Source: Pseudomonadota bacterium (GTDB lineage Bacteria; Pseudomonadota; Gammaproteobacteria; JAKAQQ01). From it: a stretch of DNA of 64,000 nucleotides. The stretch's first letter is position 1. The number at the start of each line of letters is the position of its first letter. Where the stretch lies: the NCBI GenBank assembly GCA_021839245.1, contig JAKCBQ010000002.1:57671-121670 (forward strand), read 5' to 3'. A program made the translations under genes and the position numbers. The notes beneath the pieces were generated by a model. It made no database searches, had not been told where the DNA came from, and saw only the letters and a list, made by a program, of their open reading frames with translations. Positions 9,876-19,446 of the stretch are shown here, piece after piece.

Positions 9876-10640
9876 GTGAGCGGACGCTGGTCGCGCTGGA
9901 TCCACCGCTGGGCTTCGCCCCCTTATTTCTACAGGGCGTCCCGACCCTGGGGACGCGTGTTTGCGGTCGTCTCCTTTGTCGCGATCGCGATCGGCCTTTA
10001 TGGGGGCCTGTGGCTTGCGCCGCCGGATTTCCAGCAGGGCAACGGCTTTCGCATCATCTACGTGCACGTGCCGAGTGCGTGGATGTCGCTCTTCATTTTC
10101 GTCTTCCTGGCCGTCTGTGGTCTCATCGGCCTCATCTGGCGGATCAAGCTGGCGCACGCCATGGCGTCGGCGGCCGCACCGATCGGTGCGGCGTTCACCG
10201 CCATTACTCTCGTGACGGGATCGCTCTGGGCCAAGCCCATGTGGGGAACGTTCTGGGTCTGGGATGCACGCCTCACGTCGGAACTCATCCTGTTCTTCCT
10301 CTACCTCGGGGTCATCGCTCTTTCCCGTTCGTTCGAGAACCAGCAGACCGGTGATCGGGCGGCGGCGATCCTCGCGATCGTCGGGGCCGTCGACGTGCCG
10401 ATCATTCATTACTCGGTGGACTGGTGGCAGACCCTTCACCAGGGGGCCATCTTCCGCGGCAATCCCTTCGACGGTCATCTGCACACGACAGTGGCGCCTT
10501 CGATGCTCTGGCCGCTTCTGGTCATGTGGCTCGGATTCATGTGTTATTTTGGGGCTCTCGTTCTGTGGCGGGCCCGCTCCGAGATCCTTCTCCGCCAGCT
10601 CGACACGGGTTGGGCGCGGGAAGCGGTGGGCGCGCCGTGA
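9876..10640 (+). CDS. ccmC: Heme exporter / heme lyase subunit CcmC
   Basis: 254 aa. Trp-rich periplasmic loop WGTFWVWDARLTSE. Conserved His-containing segment VDWWQTLHQG. Sits in the ccm context. Confidence 0.9.
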   Translation: MSGRWSRWIHRWASPPYFYRASRPWGRVFAVVSFVAIAIGLYGGLWLAPPDFQQGNGFRIIYVHVPSAWMSLFIFVFLAVCGLIGLIWRIKLAHAMASAAAPIGAAFTAITLVTGSLWAKPMWGTFWVWDARLTSELILFFLYLGVIALSRSFENQQTGDRAAAILAIVGAVDVPIIHYSVDWWQTLHQGAIFRGNPFDGHLHTTVAPSMLWPLLVMWLGFMCYFGALVLWRARSEILLRQLDTGWAREAVGAP

Positions 10641-10807
10641 CCTGGTCGACTTTTTGGAGTATGGGAGGGTTTGCCCTCTACGTCTGGCCGGCCTTCGGGT
10701 TCGGCTTCCTCGTGATGGTCGGCAACCTCGTGTCCGCCGCGCGCCTTGAGAAACGGGCGCGGCGCGAGGTGCGCGAAGCCCAAGAGACACAAGCCCTGGA
10801 GCCTTGA
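10637..10807 (+). CDS. ccmD: Heme exporter protein CcmD
   Basis: 56 aa, starting at a GTG that overlaps the ccmC stop (GTGA). ..FWSMGGFALYVWPAFGFGFLVMVGNLV.. matches the E. coli CcmD pattern FFAMGGYAFFVW. Confidence 0.8.
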   Translation: MTWSTFWSMGGFALYVWPAFGFGFLVMVGNLVSAARLEKRARREVREAQETQALEP

Positions 10808-10810
10808 ACG

Positions 10811-11278
10811 ATGACACCCCGAAGACAACGTATGTTCATGCTCGCCGCGATGATCGTCGCGGTGGGTGCTTCCGTCTTTTTTGCCTTGCGGGCTCTTCAC
10901 GGCGAACTCCTCTACTACCTCACACCGACCCAGGTCGCCGAGGGGCGGGCGCCGACGAGCGGGAACTTCCGGCTCGGGGGACTCGTCCTCCCGGGGAGCG
11001 TGCGGCGTCGGCCCGGCAGCATGACGGTCCGCTTTGTCCTCACCGACGGTCACCACAGCATCCCCGTGGTTTTCACCGGCGTCTTGCCGGATCTCTTCCG
11101 CCCCGGGCAGGGCGTCGTCGCGCGCGGTGATCTCGTGAAGGGCACATTCGTCGCCAATGAGATCCTGGCCAAGCACGGGCCCGGCTACCACCCTCCGGGG
11201 ATTCACTCCCGCTACAACGCTCCGCACATTCCCGGCTCGCTTCCCGGCGGAACGACGGCCTTGGTGACCCGTCCGTGA
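10811..11278 (+). CDS. ccmE: Cytochrome c-type biogenesis heme chaperone CcmE
   Basis: 155 aa with an N-terminal membrane anchor and an OB-fold-like body. The heme-binding His region reads LAKHGPGYHPPG (canonical form is LAKHDENYxPPE). Confidence 0.9.
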   Translation: MTPRRQRMFMLAAMIVAVGASVFFALRALHGELLYYLTPTQVAEGRAPTSGNFRLGGLVLPGSVRRRPGSMTVRFVLTDGHHSIPVVFTGVLPDLFRPGQGVVARGDLVKGTFVANEILAKHGPGYHPPGIHSRYNAPHIPGSLPGGTTALVTRP

Positions 11279-13251
11279 TCCCCCAGCTCGGTCTTCTGGC
11301 CCTCATCCTCGCGCTCTTTCTGTCCCTTCTCCTCTGTTACTGCGGACTTTGGGGGGCGCACCGTGATGATCCCCGGCTGATGGGCGCGGTTCGTCCGCTC
11401 ACCGCGGGGCTCTTCGCCTTCACCCTCTTTGCCTACGGAGCGCTCACTTGGGCGTTCGTGACCAACGACTTCATGGTCCGTTACGTGGCCGAGAACTCGA
11501 GCACGCGCCTTCCGCTCTTTTACCGCATCACCGCTGTCTGGGGGGCCCACGAAGGCTCCATGCTGCTCTGGATTTTCATCCTCGTCGTGTGGACGGCGGC
11601 GGTCGCGTGGTTCAGCCGGGGGCTCCCCCGGCCGTTCGTGAGCCGCGTGCTCGGTGTCCTCGGGCTGGTGACGGCGGGATTCCTCGCCTTCTCACTCTTG
11701 ACCTCGAACCCCTTCGTCCTCGTCTTCCCCGTTCCCCACCAGGGCGCCAATCTCGATCCTCTCCTCCAGGATCCGTTTCTGGCCATTCATCCCCCCATGC
11801 TCTACATGGGGTACGTCGGGATGTCCGTCGCCTTCGCTTTTGCCGTTGCCGCACTCCTCGGCGGAACGATGGACCAGCTCTGGGCACGCTGGACGCGGCC
11901 GTGGACGATCGCCGCCTGGATGTTCCTCACCGCCGGCATCGTCCTCGGGAGCTACTGGTCCTATTACGTGCTCGGTTGGGGCGGCTGGTGGTTTTGGGAT
12001 CCCGTGGAGAACGCCTCGTTCATGCCCTGGCTCGTCGGGGCGGCGCTCATTCATTCACTCGCGGTGACCGAAAAGCGCGGGGTCTTCAAGAGCTGGACGG
12101 CGCTTCTCGCGATCACGGCTTTTTCGCTCTCGCTCCTCGGCACCTTCCTCGTCCGTTCGGGCGTGCTCATCTCCGTGCACGCTTTCGCCATGGATCCCCG
12201 GCGCGGGATGTTCGTTCTTGCGCTCCTCGCCTTCATGACGGGGGCGGCACTCACGATCTATCTCTGGCGCGCGCCCTACCTCATGCAGGATCGGGGCGGA
12301 GCCTTCCGGCTCTTCTCGCGTGAGACCTTTCTTCTCCTCAACAACGTCTTTCTTGTCGTCGGCGCGGCCACGGTGTTCATCGGCACGCTCTACCCCCTCT
12401 TTATCGAGGCGTTCGGGCTCCAGAAACTCTCGGTGGGCCCACCCTACTTTGACCACGTTTTCATCCCGGTCATCCTCCCCCTCTTCGTCCTCATCGGAGT
12501 CGGTCCCTTCGTCCCCTGGGTGAGCGGGCGAGTGGGGGATCTCCTTCGCCGCCTGCGCTGGCCGCTTCTTTTTTCGGCCGTCGGCTGGACGCTTGTCCTC
12601 GTCCTCGCGTTCGCGCGCTCTTGGCCCCCTCTCACGGCCGTGGGCGTCCTTCTCTCCGTCTGGGTCATGATCACCGCGCTCCGCGAACCCGCCGCCGCCG
12701 TCTGGAGACGCCTCAAGGGCAGGACGGCGGGGTGGAACGCGAGCACGATCGGCATGTCGATCGCCCATTTCGGTTTGGGCTTGGCCATTCTCGGGATTAC
12801 GGTGAGCACGACGCTCTCCGTGTGGCGGGACGATCCGATGCATGTTGGGAAAGCCTTCCGTATGGCGGGCTTCACCTTCATCCTCCGCGGGTACGAACCG
12901 GCGCGCGGCCCCGATTGGCGGGGCACGGCCGCCCGCTTCCTGATTCTCCACCACGGTCGACCCTGGGCCCGTACCGTGAGCGTGAAGAAGAATTTTGGGC
13001 CTGGGCTCGGCAGCACCACAGGGGCCGGTATCGTGGGCGGAGGACTGCACGACGTCTTCGTCGCCCTCGGTAACAATCTCGGCGGCGGTCGCTGGAGCGT
13101 GCGTTTCCGCTACGAGCCGATGGTGATCTTCGTCTGGCTCGGGGGGCTGGTGATGGCGCTCGGAGCTTTCGTCGCCCTCTGGGATCGCCGCTACCGTTGG
13201 CGTCGCCTGCCGCCTCCGGGCCCCACCCCGGGCGGAGGGGAGGCCCCATGA
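11275..13251 (+). CDS. ccmF: Cytochrome c heme lyase subunit CcmF
   Basis: 658-aa polytopic protein. WGGWWFWDPVENASFMPWL WWD motif. GTGA overlap with ccmE. Confidence 0.93.
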   Translation: MIPQLGLLALILALFLSLLLCYCGLWGAHRDDPRLMGAVRPLTAGLFAFTLFAYGALTWAFVTNDFMVRYVAENSSTRLPLFYRITAVWGAHEGSMLLWIFILVVWTAAVAWFSRGLPRPFVSRVLGVLGLVTAGFLAFSLLTSNPFVLVFPVPHQGANLDPLLQDPFLAIHPPMLYMGYVGMSVAFAFAVAALLGGTMDQLWARWTRPWTIAAWMFLTAGIVLGSYWSYYVLGWGGWWFWDPVENASFMPWLVGAALIHSLAVTEKRGVFKSWTALLAITAFSLSLLGTFLVRSGVLISVHAFAMDPRRGMFVLALLAFMTGAALTIYLWRAPYLMQDRGGAFRLFSRETFLLLNNVFLVVGAATVFIGTLYPLFIEAFGLQKLSVGPPYFDHVFIPVILPLFVLIGVGPFVPWVSGRVGDLLRRLRWPLLFSAVGWTLVLVLAFARSWPPLTAVGVLLSVWVMITALREPAAAVWRRLKGRTAGWNASTIGMSIAHFGLGLAILGITVSTTLSVWRDDPMHVGKAFRMAGFTFILRGYEPARGPDWRGTAARFLILHHGRPWARTVSVKKNFGPGLGSTTGAGIVGGGLHDVFVALGNNLGGGRWSVRFRYEPMVIFVWLGGLVMALGAFVALWDRRYRWRRLPPPGPTPGGGEAP

Positions 13252-13802
13252 GCGCTGTCCGCACCCGCCTTCTCTTCGCGCTCCCGCTCGCGCTCATCGG
13301 GACGCTCGTCCTCATCGGTTGGATCGGTCTCAAGCACAACCCTTCGCGAGTGCCCTCCCCACTCATCGGCAAACCTGCCCCCGTCTTCTCGTTGCCGCGG
13401 CTCAGACACCCTGCGCTCCGGCTCACGGAGAGGGTCTTCCGCGGGCGGCCGACCCTGTTCAATGTCTGGGCCAGCTGGTGCGTGACCTGCGTGGCCGAGC
13501 ACCGTGTCCTCATGAGTCTCGCCGGCCGCGGTGTGCGCATCATCGGTCTCGATTATCAGGATCACCGCCGGGCGGCTTTGGCCTTCCTCCACCGCTACGG
13601 GAATCCTTACCGCGCAATCGCCTACGATCCACGGGGAATCAGTGCCATGAATTGGGGGGTGTACGGAACTCCCGAAACTTTCGTCCTCGGGCCGCACGGC
13701 GTCATCCGTGGCAAGATCATCGGCCCTCTCACCCGGCGGGTCGTCCGTCGGCGGCTTTTGCCGCTCCTCCGTCGGCTCTCCTCCAGCCGGGCCCGGGCAT
13801 GA
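13248..13802 (+). CDS. ccmG: Thiol:disulfide oxidoreductase CcmG/DsbE
   Basis: ATG at 13248 overlaps the ccmF stop (ATGA). Signal anchor followed by a thioredoxin fold with WASWCVTC (CxxC). Confidence 0.9.
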   Translation: MSAVRTRLLFALPLALIGTLVLIGWIGLKHNPSRVPSPLIGKPAPVFSLPRLRHPALRLTERVFRGRPTLFNVWASWCVTCVAEHRVLMSLAGRGVRIIGLDYQDHRRAALAFLHRYGNPYRAIAYDPRGISAMNWGVYGTPETFVLGPHGVIRGKIIGPLTRRVVRRRLLPLLRRLSSSRARA

Positions 13803-14254
13803 CGGTGACGCGCGTTCTCCGGCCATTTTCGGCGTTGCTCGCGCTTCTTGCGCTCACGACCGTGCTCGCCCTTCCCCGGGCGAGAGCCGTCGGAAGTTCT
13901 CCTCCGCTGGCCAATCCCGTCCTCGAGGCCCGCTATCAGCACCTCATCGAGGAGGTGCGCTGCCTTCAGTGCCAGGATCTCAACATCGCCAATTCTCCGG
14001 CCCCCCTCGCGACCCTCATGCGCCAACAGATCCGTCGGATGCTCCTCAGGGGGGAGTCCAACCGGGCCATCAAGCACTATCTCGTCGCCCGCTATGGCGA
14101 TTTCGTTCTCTTCAAGCCTCCGGTCGATCGCGAGACGTTCGCTCTCTGGTGGGGGCCTTTCGTCCTCCTCGTGCTGGGCGTCCTTGTGCTGCTCACGATC
14201 ATCGTGAGGCGCGCTCGCCGTGACGCTAGGGATCCTCTCCGGAGTACCGAGTGA
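13799..14254 (+). CDS. ccmH: Cytochrome c-type biogenesis protein CcmH
   Basis: ATG at 13799 overlaps the ccmG stop. Signal peptide, VRCLQCQ (LRCxxC) motif and a C-terminal TM segment. Confidence 0.9.
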   Translation: MTVTRVLRPFSALLALLALTTVLALPRARAVGSSPPLANPVLEARYQHLIEEVRCLQCQDLNIANSPAPLATLMRQQIRRMLLRGESNRAIKHYLVARYGDFVLFKPPVDRETFALWWGPFVLLVLGVLVLLTIIVRRARRDARDPLRSTE

Positions 14255-15492
14255 TGAGTGCCGCCGTTTTCGTCGTGGGATCTCTTTTCCTTCTGGGGGC
14301 GGCCGCTGCCCTCGTGCTGCGTGCCCTTGGGCGGACGCCGACGGATCAGGATGCGGCTCCCGAACGCGTCCGGGGCTGGCTCAGCGCGTCGATCCGACGC
14401 GAACTCGAAGACGCCCGCGCCTCGGGGGATCTTCGTCCCGAGGATCTTCCCACGGCCGAATCCGACCTCGGCCGGATGGTCGAGGCCTATGGGCGGACGA
14501 CCGCCTCTCCCCCACGGCGCGTGGGCCGGCCGTTGTCGCGGACCGCCGTCGTGGTGTTGATGGTCGTCCTCGCCCTGGGTCTTTACGGCTTCTATGGCGG
14601 TTGGCGCTACGTCTTCTTCGGTCCGCGTGCGGCGCAGCGCCACGATCTCCGGCTTGCACTTCACCGCTACCGCCGTCATCTCGCACGGCATCCGGGTGAC
14701 GTCCGCGGCTGGCGCGCATTGGCGCGCGGTTACGAGCTTCTCGGTCGCGACCGTCGGGCCGCCGCGGCTTACCATCACCTCCTTCACCACGGAGGAGGGA
14801 AGAACCCCGCGATTCTTGCGGATTACGCCCAGGCCCTCATCCTTGCGCAGCACGGCCGGCTCGATGCGCGCGAGCTCGCCCTCACCAACCGGGCGCTCCG
14901 TCTCGATCCGGATCAACCGAAAGCGCTCTGGTGGGGAGGCCTTCTGGCACTCGCCGTCGCGCACGATCGCGCGCGTGCTCTCCGTCTCTGGAACCGCCTT
15001 CTCGAGAACCCCACGCTCCCGAGCTCGGTGCGCGGCATCGTCGCCTCGCGTGTGGTGGCGCTCGGGGGGACGCCGGCCAGGCCTCCGATCTCCGAGGAAG
15101 AGGAGAGCGGTGTGTGGCGGGTGCACGTGAGCGACGCGTTCGCGACCCAGACTACCCCCGTCCCGGCCGGGGCACGGCTCTACGTCTTCCTCCGCAACCC
15201 CTCGGCGCCCGAGAGTCCGCCGTACTATGTTCGGGTCCTTCCCCATCCCGTGTTCCCGCTCGTTGTGGCTCTCTCCCCCTCCGACAGCCCGATGGGGCCG
15301 CCGTCCCACCTCCCCCGTGAGGTCGAGCTCGTGGCTCTTCTCAGCATGAACGGTCTCGCCTCGCCCACGCCGGGGGATCTCGAGGGTCGGCGAATCTATG
15401 CCCGTTCCTACCTCCGCACGGCCCACCGTCTGCGGGTGCGGATCGACGAGCGTCTCGGGGATCGTACCCGCTCGCCCGATTCCCACCCGTGA
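14251..15492 (+). CDS. ccmI: c-type cytochrome biogenesis protein CcmI (TPR-containing)
   Basis: 413 aa. N-terminal TM segments followed by TPR-like repeats (..GWRALARGYELLGRDRRAAAAYHHLL..). Last canonical gene of the ccm operon. Start overlaps the ccmH stop. Confidence 0.8.
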   Translation: MMSAAVFVVGSLFLLGAAAALVLRALGRTPTDQDAAPERVRGWLSASIRRELEDARASGDLRPEDLPTAESDLGRMVEAYGRTTASPPRRVGRPLSRTAVVVLMVVLALGLYGFYGGWRYVFFGPRAAQRHDLRLALHRYRRHLARHPGDVRGWRALARGYELLGRDRRAAAAYHHLLHHGGGKNPAILADYAQALILAQHGRLDARELALTNRALRLDPDQPKALWWGGLLALAVAHDRARALRLWNRLLENPTLPSSVRGIVASRVVALGGTPARPPISEEEESGVWRVHVSDAFATQTTPVPAGARLYVFLRNPSAPESPPYYVRVLPHPVFPLVVALSPSDSPMGPPSHLPREVELVALLSMNGLASPTPGDLEGRRIYARSYLRTAHRLRVRIDERLGDRTRSPDSHP

Positions 15493-16400
15493 CGAGTGCG
15501 CCTCCGTCCTCTCGGGGCGGCGAAGCCCCCCCTCCCGCCGGGCTTCTCGCCCGCCTGGCGCTCCGCTCGCCCGGCTCCCTCCTCCTCGCGCTCGCGCTCG
15601 ATCGCCGTCCTCGCTGGATCCTCCCGCATGAGCTCGAGCAGATCGCAATCGAGCGTGAACTCACGGTCTCTCGGGTCGATCCGGCGCGTCACGAGGCCTA
15701 CAGGGTCCAGACCGGCTACGCCCCCGGAACGACACCCCCGACCTATCCCCATTTCCTGGCCGCACCGCTTCACGCTCTTCTGCTCTTCGATGCGCGCCTT
15801 CCTATCCGCGCCCGGGGGATCATCCAGACGGCGCTTCGCCTCCAGAGTTTCCGTCCCCTTGAGCTCGTGCCGCCGCTTAGCTACCGGGCGAGCCTGAAGG
15901 GGTTTACGCACACGGCCCGCGGCCTGGAATTCATCCTCACGACCGAACTCGGGCCCCGGGGTGACGAGATCTGGCGCGAGGAACTCGAGCTCCTCGTCCC
16001 GGAGCGCCGCCGGGCGTTCAAGAGGATCCGCGATCTGCAGCCTCTCGTGCCTCCCGAGGACTCCGTCCAGCGCGATTTCTCGCCCGAGGAGGGCATCGGC
16101 TGGCGCCATGCGCGCGTCTCAGGGGACTTGAATCCCATCCATCTCAACAACACCTTTGCTCGGATGCTGGGATTTCCCGCAGCGGTGGCGCCGGGCATGT
16201 GGCTGGTCTCGCGCACCCTCGCGGCCCTCAATCTCGACGGACGCTCCTCGCTTCGGGTCGAGGCCCGCTTCCGCCGCTTTGTGACCGGCCGCGACCGTCT
16301 CAGGCTGTCCTCGTGGTGGCGTGACCCGATGCTCTATTTCCAGCTTCAGGACCGGCTGCGCCGCACGGTCCACCTCGAGGGCAACGTCGAGACGCGCTGA
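15489..16400 (+). CDS. MaoC-like (R-hydratase/hotdog-fold) dehydratase family protein
   Basis: The C-terminal hotdog motif VSGDLNPIHLNNTFARMLGFPAAVAPGMW is typical of MaoC dehydratases. GTG at 15489 overlaps the ccmI stop (GTGA). Confidence 0.7.
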   Translation: MTSAPPSSRGGEAPPPAGLLARLALRSPGSLLLALALDRRPRWILPHELEQIAIERELTVSRVDPARHEAYRVQTGYAPGTTPPTYPHFLAAPLHALLLFDARLPIRARGIIQTALRLQSFRPLELVPPLSYRASLKGFTHTARGLEFILTTELGPRGDEIWREELELLVPERRRAFKRIRDLQPLVPPEDSVQRDFSPEEGIGWRHARVSGDLNPIHLNNTFARMLGFPAAVAPGMWLVSRTLAALNLDGRSSLRVEARFRRFVTGRDRLRLSSWWRDPMLYFQLQDRLRRTVHLEGNVETR

Positions 16401-16433
16401 GCGGCGGACGCCGACGGTGTTGGGAGGCAAGCG

Positions 16434-17330
16434 ATGGAATACGAGGATTTCTACCAGACGCTCGGGGTCTCCCGGGACGCGCGTCCCGAGGAGATCAAAA
16501 AGGCTTACCGGCGCCTTGCGCGGACGTACCATCCGGACGTCTCGAAGGCTCCGGACGCGGAGGAGCGTTTCAAGAAGATTTCCCAGGCCTACGAGGTCTT
16601 GAGTGACCCCGAGAAGAGGCGCGCGTACGACGCCCTTGGATCGCGTCGGCCGGGGGAGCGCTTCGACCCTCCCCCCGAGTGGGCCTCGAGTTTCGGCTTT
16701 CAGCCCGCGGACGGGGCCGAGGGTCTGGACCTCGGGTCGTTCTTCGAGCTCTTCGGTTTCGGTTCCGGGGGACGGCGGCGAAGCGCCTTTCGTGAGGCTC
16801 CAGCGGCCGATGTCGACGCCGGCGAGATCGAGATCAGCCTCGAGGAGGCCCACCGTGGGGCGGCGCGCCGCCTCGCTCTCCCGCACGGAACGGTCCAGGT
16901 CAAGATCCCTCCCGGCGCGCAGGACGGACAGACGCTCCGCCTTCGTGGACAGGCGCCTTCGGGACTCGGGCGGGAGAAACGCGGCGATCTCATTCTGCGG
17001 GTCCGTGTTCGTCCGCATTCCCTCTTCGCCCTCGAGGGGCACGACCTTGTTCTCAGGCTCCCGGTCTACCCGTGGGAGCTCGCGCTTGGCACCGAGGTCG
17101 AAGTCCCCACCCTCGACGGCAAGGTCCGCCTCAAGATTCCGCCCGCAAGCCGGGCCGGGAGACGAATGAGGCTTTCGGGCCGTGGACTTCATAAACCCGG
17201 AGGTGGAGCGGGCGACCTGTACGTCGTTCCCGAGCCCGTTCTTCCCGAACACTGGAGCGAGGAGGGACAGGAACTCCTCCGGCGTCTTGCCGCGAGCGTC
17301 ACCGAGGACCCGCGGCGGAGACTCGGTTGA
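16434..17330 (+). CDS. cbpA: Curved-DNA-binding DnaJ homologue CbpA (J-domain protein without Zn finger)
   Basis: J domain [32 protein letters not shown]. No CxxCxGxG repeats. 298 aa. GGGAGG RBS upstream of the ATG. Confidence 0.85.
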   Translation: MEYEDFYQTLGVSRDARPEEIKKAYRRLARTYHPDVSKAPDAEERFKKISQAYEVLSDPEKRRAYDALGSRRPGERFDPPPEWASSFGFQPADGAEGLDLGSFFELFGFGSGGRRRSAFREAPAADVDAGEIEISLEEAHRGAARRLALPHGTVQVKIPPGAQDGQTLRLRGQAPSGLGREKRGDLILRVRVRPHSLFALEGHDLVLRLPVYPWELALGTEVEVPTLDGKVRLKIPPASRAGRRMRLSGRGLHKPGGGAGDLYVVPEPVLPEHWSEEGQELLRRLAASVTEDPRRRLG

Positions 17331-17391
17331 TCGTCGGGGTCGAGCGCCCGACGAGACGCAACCCCGGATCGTTTCCGCGGCGGAGCCGGCG

Positions 17392-18141
17392 GTGATCCGC
17401 TTTCTGATCACGGGCCACTCGCGCGGGCTCGGCGCCGCGCTCGCCCGCGAGGCCCTCGCGCGCGGTGGGGCGGTCTGGGGACTTGCGCGCCGGTCCCTGA
17501 ACCCTCCGCCCGGCGTGGGGCCCGAACGCTTCCGAGAGACCGCGGTCGATCTTGGGGATCTCCCGCGTCTCGTGCGTGTGCTCGAGGATCTCGATCTCGA
17601 GACCTGGTTGGCCGGGAGCGCCATGGTCGTCCTCATCAACAACGCGGGGCTTCTCGGGCCGGTGGGTCCCCCGGAGCGTCTTGCGGCGACGGAGATCGTG
17701 CGCGCCGCGGCGGTCGATTTCGTCGCTCCGCTCGTTCTCACGAGCGTCTTTGCCCGCGCCACCGTAGGCCTCCCGGACCGCCGGGTGGTGCACGTCTCGA
17801 GCGGAGCGGCCCGTCGCCCGCTTGCAGGCTGGGGCGTCTACGGTGCGGTCAAGGCCGGGCTCGACCACCACGCGCGCACCGTGGCTGTGGACGCCCCCGC
17901 GGGATGGCGCATCGCGAGCGTGGCCCCGGGCGTGATCGACACGGACATGCAGACGGAGGTGCGTGGCCTCGATCCCGCCGTGTTCCCCGAGCGGCGCCGT
18001 TTTCTCGATCTCGCACGCGATGGTCTTCTCGTCCCCCCCGAAGCCGCAGCGCGACGGTTCCTCGACCACGTGACGTCCGATGTCTTCGGTCGTGAGCCGG
18101 TGATCGACCTGCGCTCCCTTGGGGACGACCCCCGCTCGTAG
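17392..18141 (+). CDS. Short-chain dehydrogenase/reductase (SDR) family oxidoreductase
   Basis: Start set at GTG 17392, with GGAG 6 nt upstream and after the cbpA stop. Has ITGHSRGLG (TGxxxGxG-like), NNAG and the catalytic YGAVK (YxxxK). Confidence 0.8.
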   Translation: MIRFLITGHSRGLGAALAREALARGGAVWGLARRSLNPPPGVGPERFRETAVDLGDLPRLVRVLEDLDLETWLAGSAMVVLINNAGLLGPVGPPERLAATEIVRAAAVDFVAPLVLTSVFARATVGLPDRRVVHVSSGAARRPLAGWGVYGAVKAGLDHHARTVAVDAPAGWRIASVAPGVIDTDMQTEVRGLDPAVFPERRRFLDLARDGLLVPPEAAARRFLDHVTSDVFGREPVIDLRSLGDDPRS

Positions 18142-18329
18142 ACCGGTTCTCATTGTCGGGTTCACCGTTTTTGCAACGGTCGAAGAGAGGCCGTGACCGA
18201 GCGTTCCCATTGTGCAAGGATTTGCAACGCGCAATCGATCGGGTCTCTCACGCGCGATAGGAATCTTTCCCCCCCGCGATTCGAAGACGCGAACGCACGG
18301 CGGGAGCGCGATTTGCCGAGTGATTCAAT

Positions 18330-18358
18330 TTGCTCTTTTGTTCCCCTCGTCCTATAAT
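18330..18358 (+). promoter_or_regulatory. Sigma70-like promoter TTGCTC-N17-TATAAT upstream of the orphan HTH gene
   Basis: TTGCTC at 18330-18335, a 17-nt spacer, and consensus TATAAT at 18353-18358. This lies about 97 nt upstream of ATG 18455. Confidence 0.5.
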
Positions 18359-18454
18359 CCTTTTGGGGGTTGCGGCCGGCTTGTGGGATGAAGACTTGAG
18401 CTTGAACGGCCAAGGATCATCAGCAATGGCCTCGGAGACGCAGAGGGTTTTGCC

Positions 18455-19195
18455 ATGAACAAAATTGTTTCGATCGACGGTCGGGTGTGGCGACGGGTCA
18501 CGCGGATCATCGACGAGCGCTATGAAGATCCCAAGAGACGCAAGGGGATTCAAAAGATCGCCCGGCGCTATCTTTCCGGGGGAACCTGTACCGCCATCGC
18601 CGATGAGGTGGGACTCACCGCCGAGCGGGTGCGTCAGATTCTGCGCGCTCTCGGCATCTCGCGTGTGCAGGGTGGTGTCTCGCTCCGCACCGCCCGCCGT
18701 CAACTCTTGCAGGACAAAGAACGTCTGCGCAAACTCGAGAGGACGGCGCGGCGCAATTACCGCTGTTCGCACGAGGAGGTCGAGAGGGTCCTCGCCGAGT
18801 GGCGGGCGATCTCGCCCGCTTACCGCCGACTTCCGCACTGGAGCCACCGCTCTCCGCTGCACCGGTTCCGGGTGTTCTATGCCTCGGCGACCCGAAACCG
18901 TCGCCGTCCGGTTGCCCTGACACTGCCCGAGTGGTGGTCGGTTTGGAAGGATTCGGGGCACTGGAAAAACTACGGCCGTGGACGTCGCCGGCACCACATG
19001 GAAGTGCGCAATCCGACCCGCCCGGTCGACATCCGTAACGTTCTCGTGACGTCGTCCTTCGAGACCGCCAACGAGACCGCGAAGAGCAGCGCCCGTCGTC
19101 CATCGACCCGACGCAAAGCGATCGCGAAGCCGGTGCGGAAAGTCAAGGTGACTTCGAGAAGAAAGGGGCGGATCGGACGCGGCCGGAGAGCCTGA
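18455..19195 (+). CDS. Hypothetical protein with an N-terminal sigma-70 region-4-like HTH and a highly basic C-terminal tail
   Basis: ATG is preceded by AGAGGG. The HTH-like segment is GGTCTAIADEVGLTAERVRQILRALG. The tail KPVRKVKVTSRRKGRIGRGRRA is K/R-rich. No recognisable housekeeping family. Confidence 0.55.
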   Translation: MNKIVSIDGRVWRRVTRIIDERYEDPKRRKGIQKIARRYLSGGTCTAIADEVGLTAERVRQILRALGISRVQGGVSLRTARRQLLQDKERLRKLERTARRNYRCSHEEVERVLAEWRAISPAYRRLPHWSHRSPLHRFRVFYASATRNRRRPVALTLPEWWSVWKDSGHWKNYGRGRRRHHMEVRNPTRPVDIRNVLVTSSFETANETAKSSARRPSTRRKAIAKPVRKVKVTSRRKGRIGRGRRA

Positions 19196-19446
19196 TTTCG
19201 GGACACGCAAAGACGTGAGCGGAGAGGGAATCACGCCGCCCGTACCGCGGCGTCCTTGCCCGACTCACTTGCGGACAGCGGACAGGCGCTGCCGTTCAGA
19301 GTCGAGGAGGACAGAGCGGGCCGTCTCGCCGTCCTGGCTCAGTCACCGCCGTACGCAACGCTGTAGGCCTCTTGGTCCTTTTCGGGATCGTGATCGTGCG
19401 CGAAACGTGAGAGTTTGCCCGACGTGATCGGGGTTGTGTGTCTTGT

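Noticed and set aside
10811-11278. The CcmE heme-binding motif reads KHGPGY rather than the canonical KHDENY, which could be a variant chaperone.
   Set aside because: The heme-binding His and the downstream Tyr are both retained, and the whole System I operon is intact. This is probably lineage-specific sequence variation.
18160-18250. Repeated TTGCAA(C) motifs and a short hairpin (ACCGTTtttgcAACGGT) after the SDR gene, possibly a sigma-54 promoter or a terminator.
   Set aside because: There is no GG-N10-GC spacing consistent with sigma-54. The hairpin has only a 6-bp stem and no following U-tract. This is too weak to annotate.
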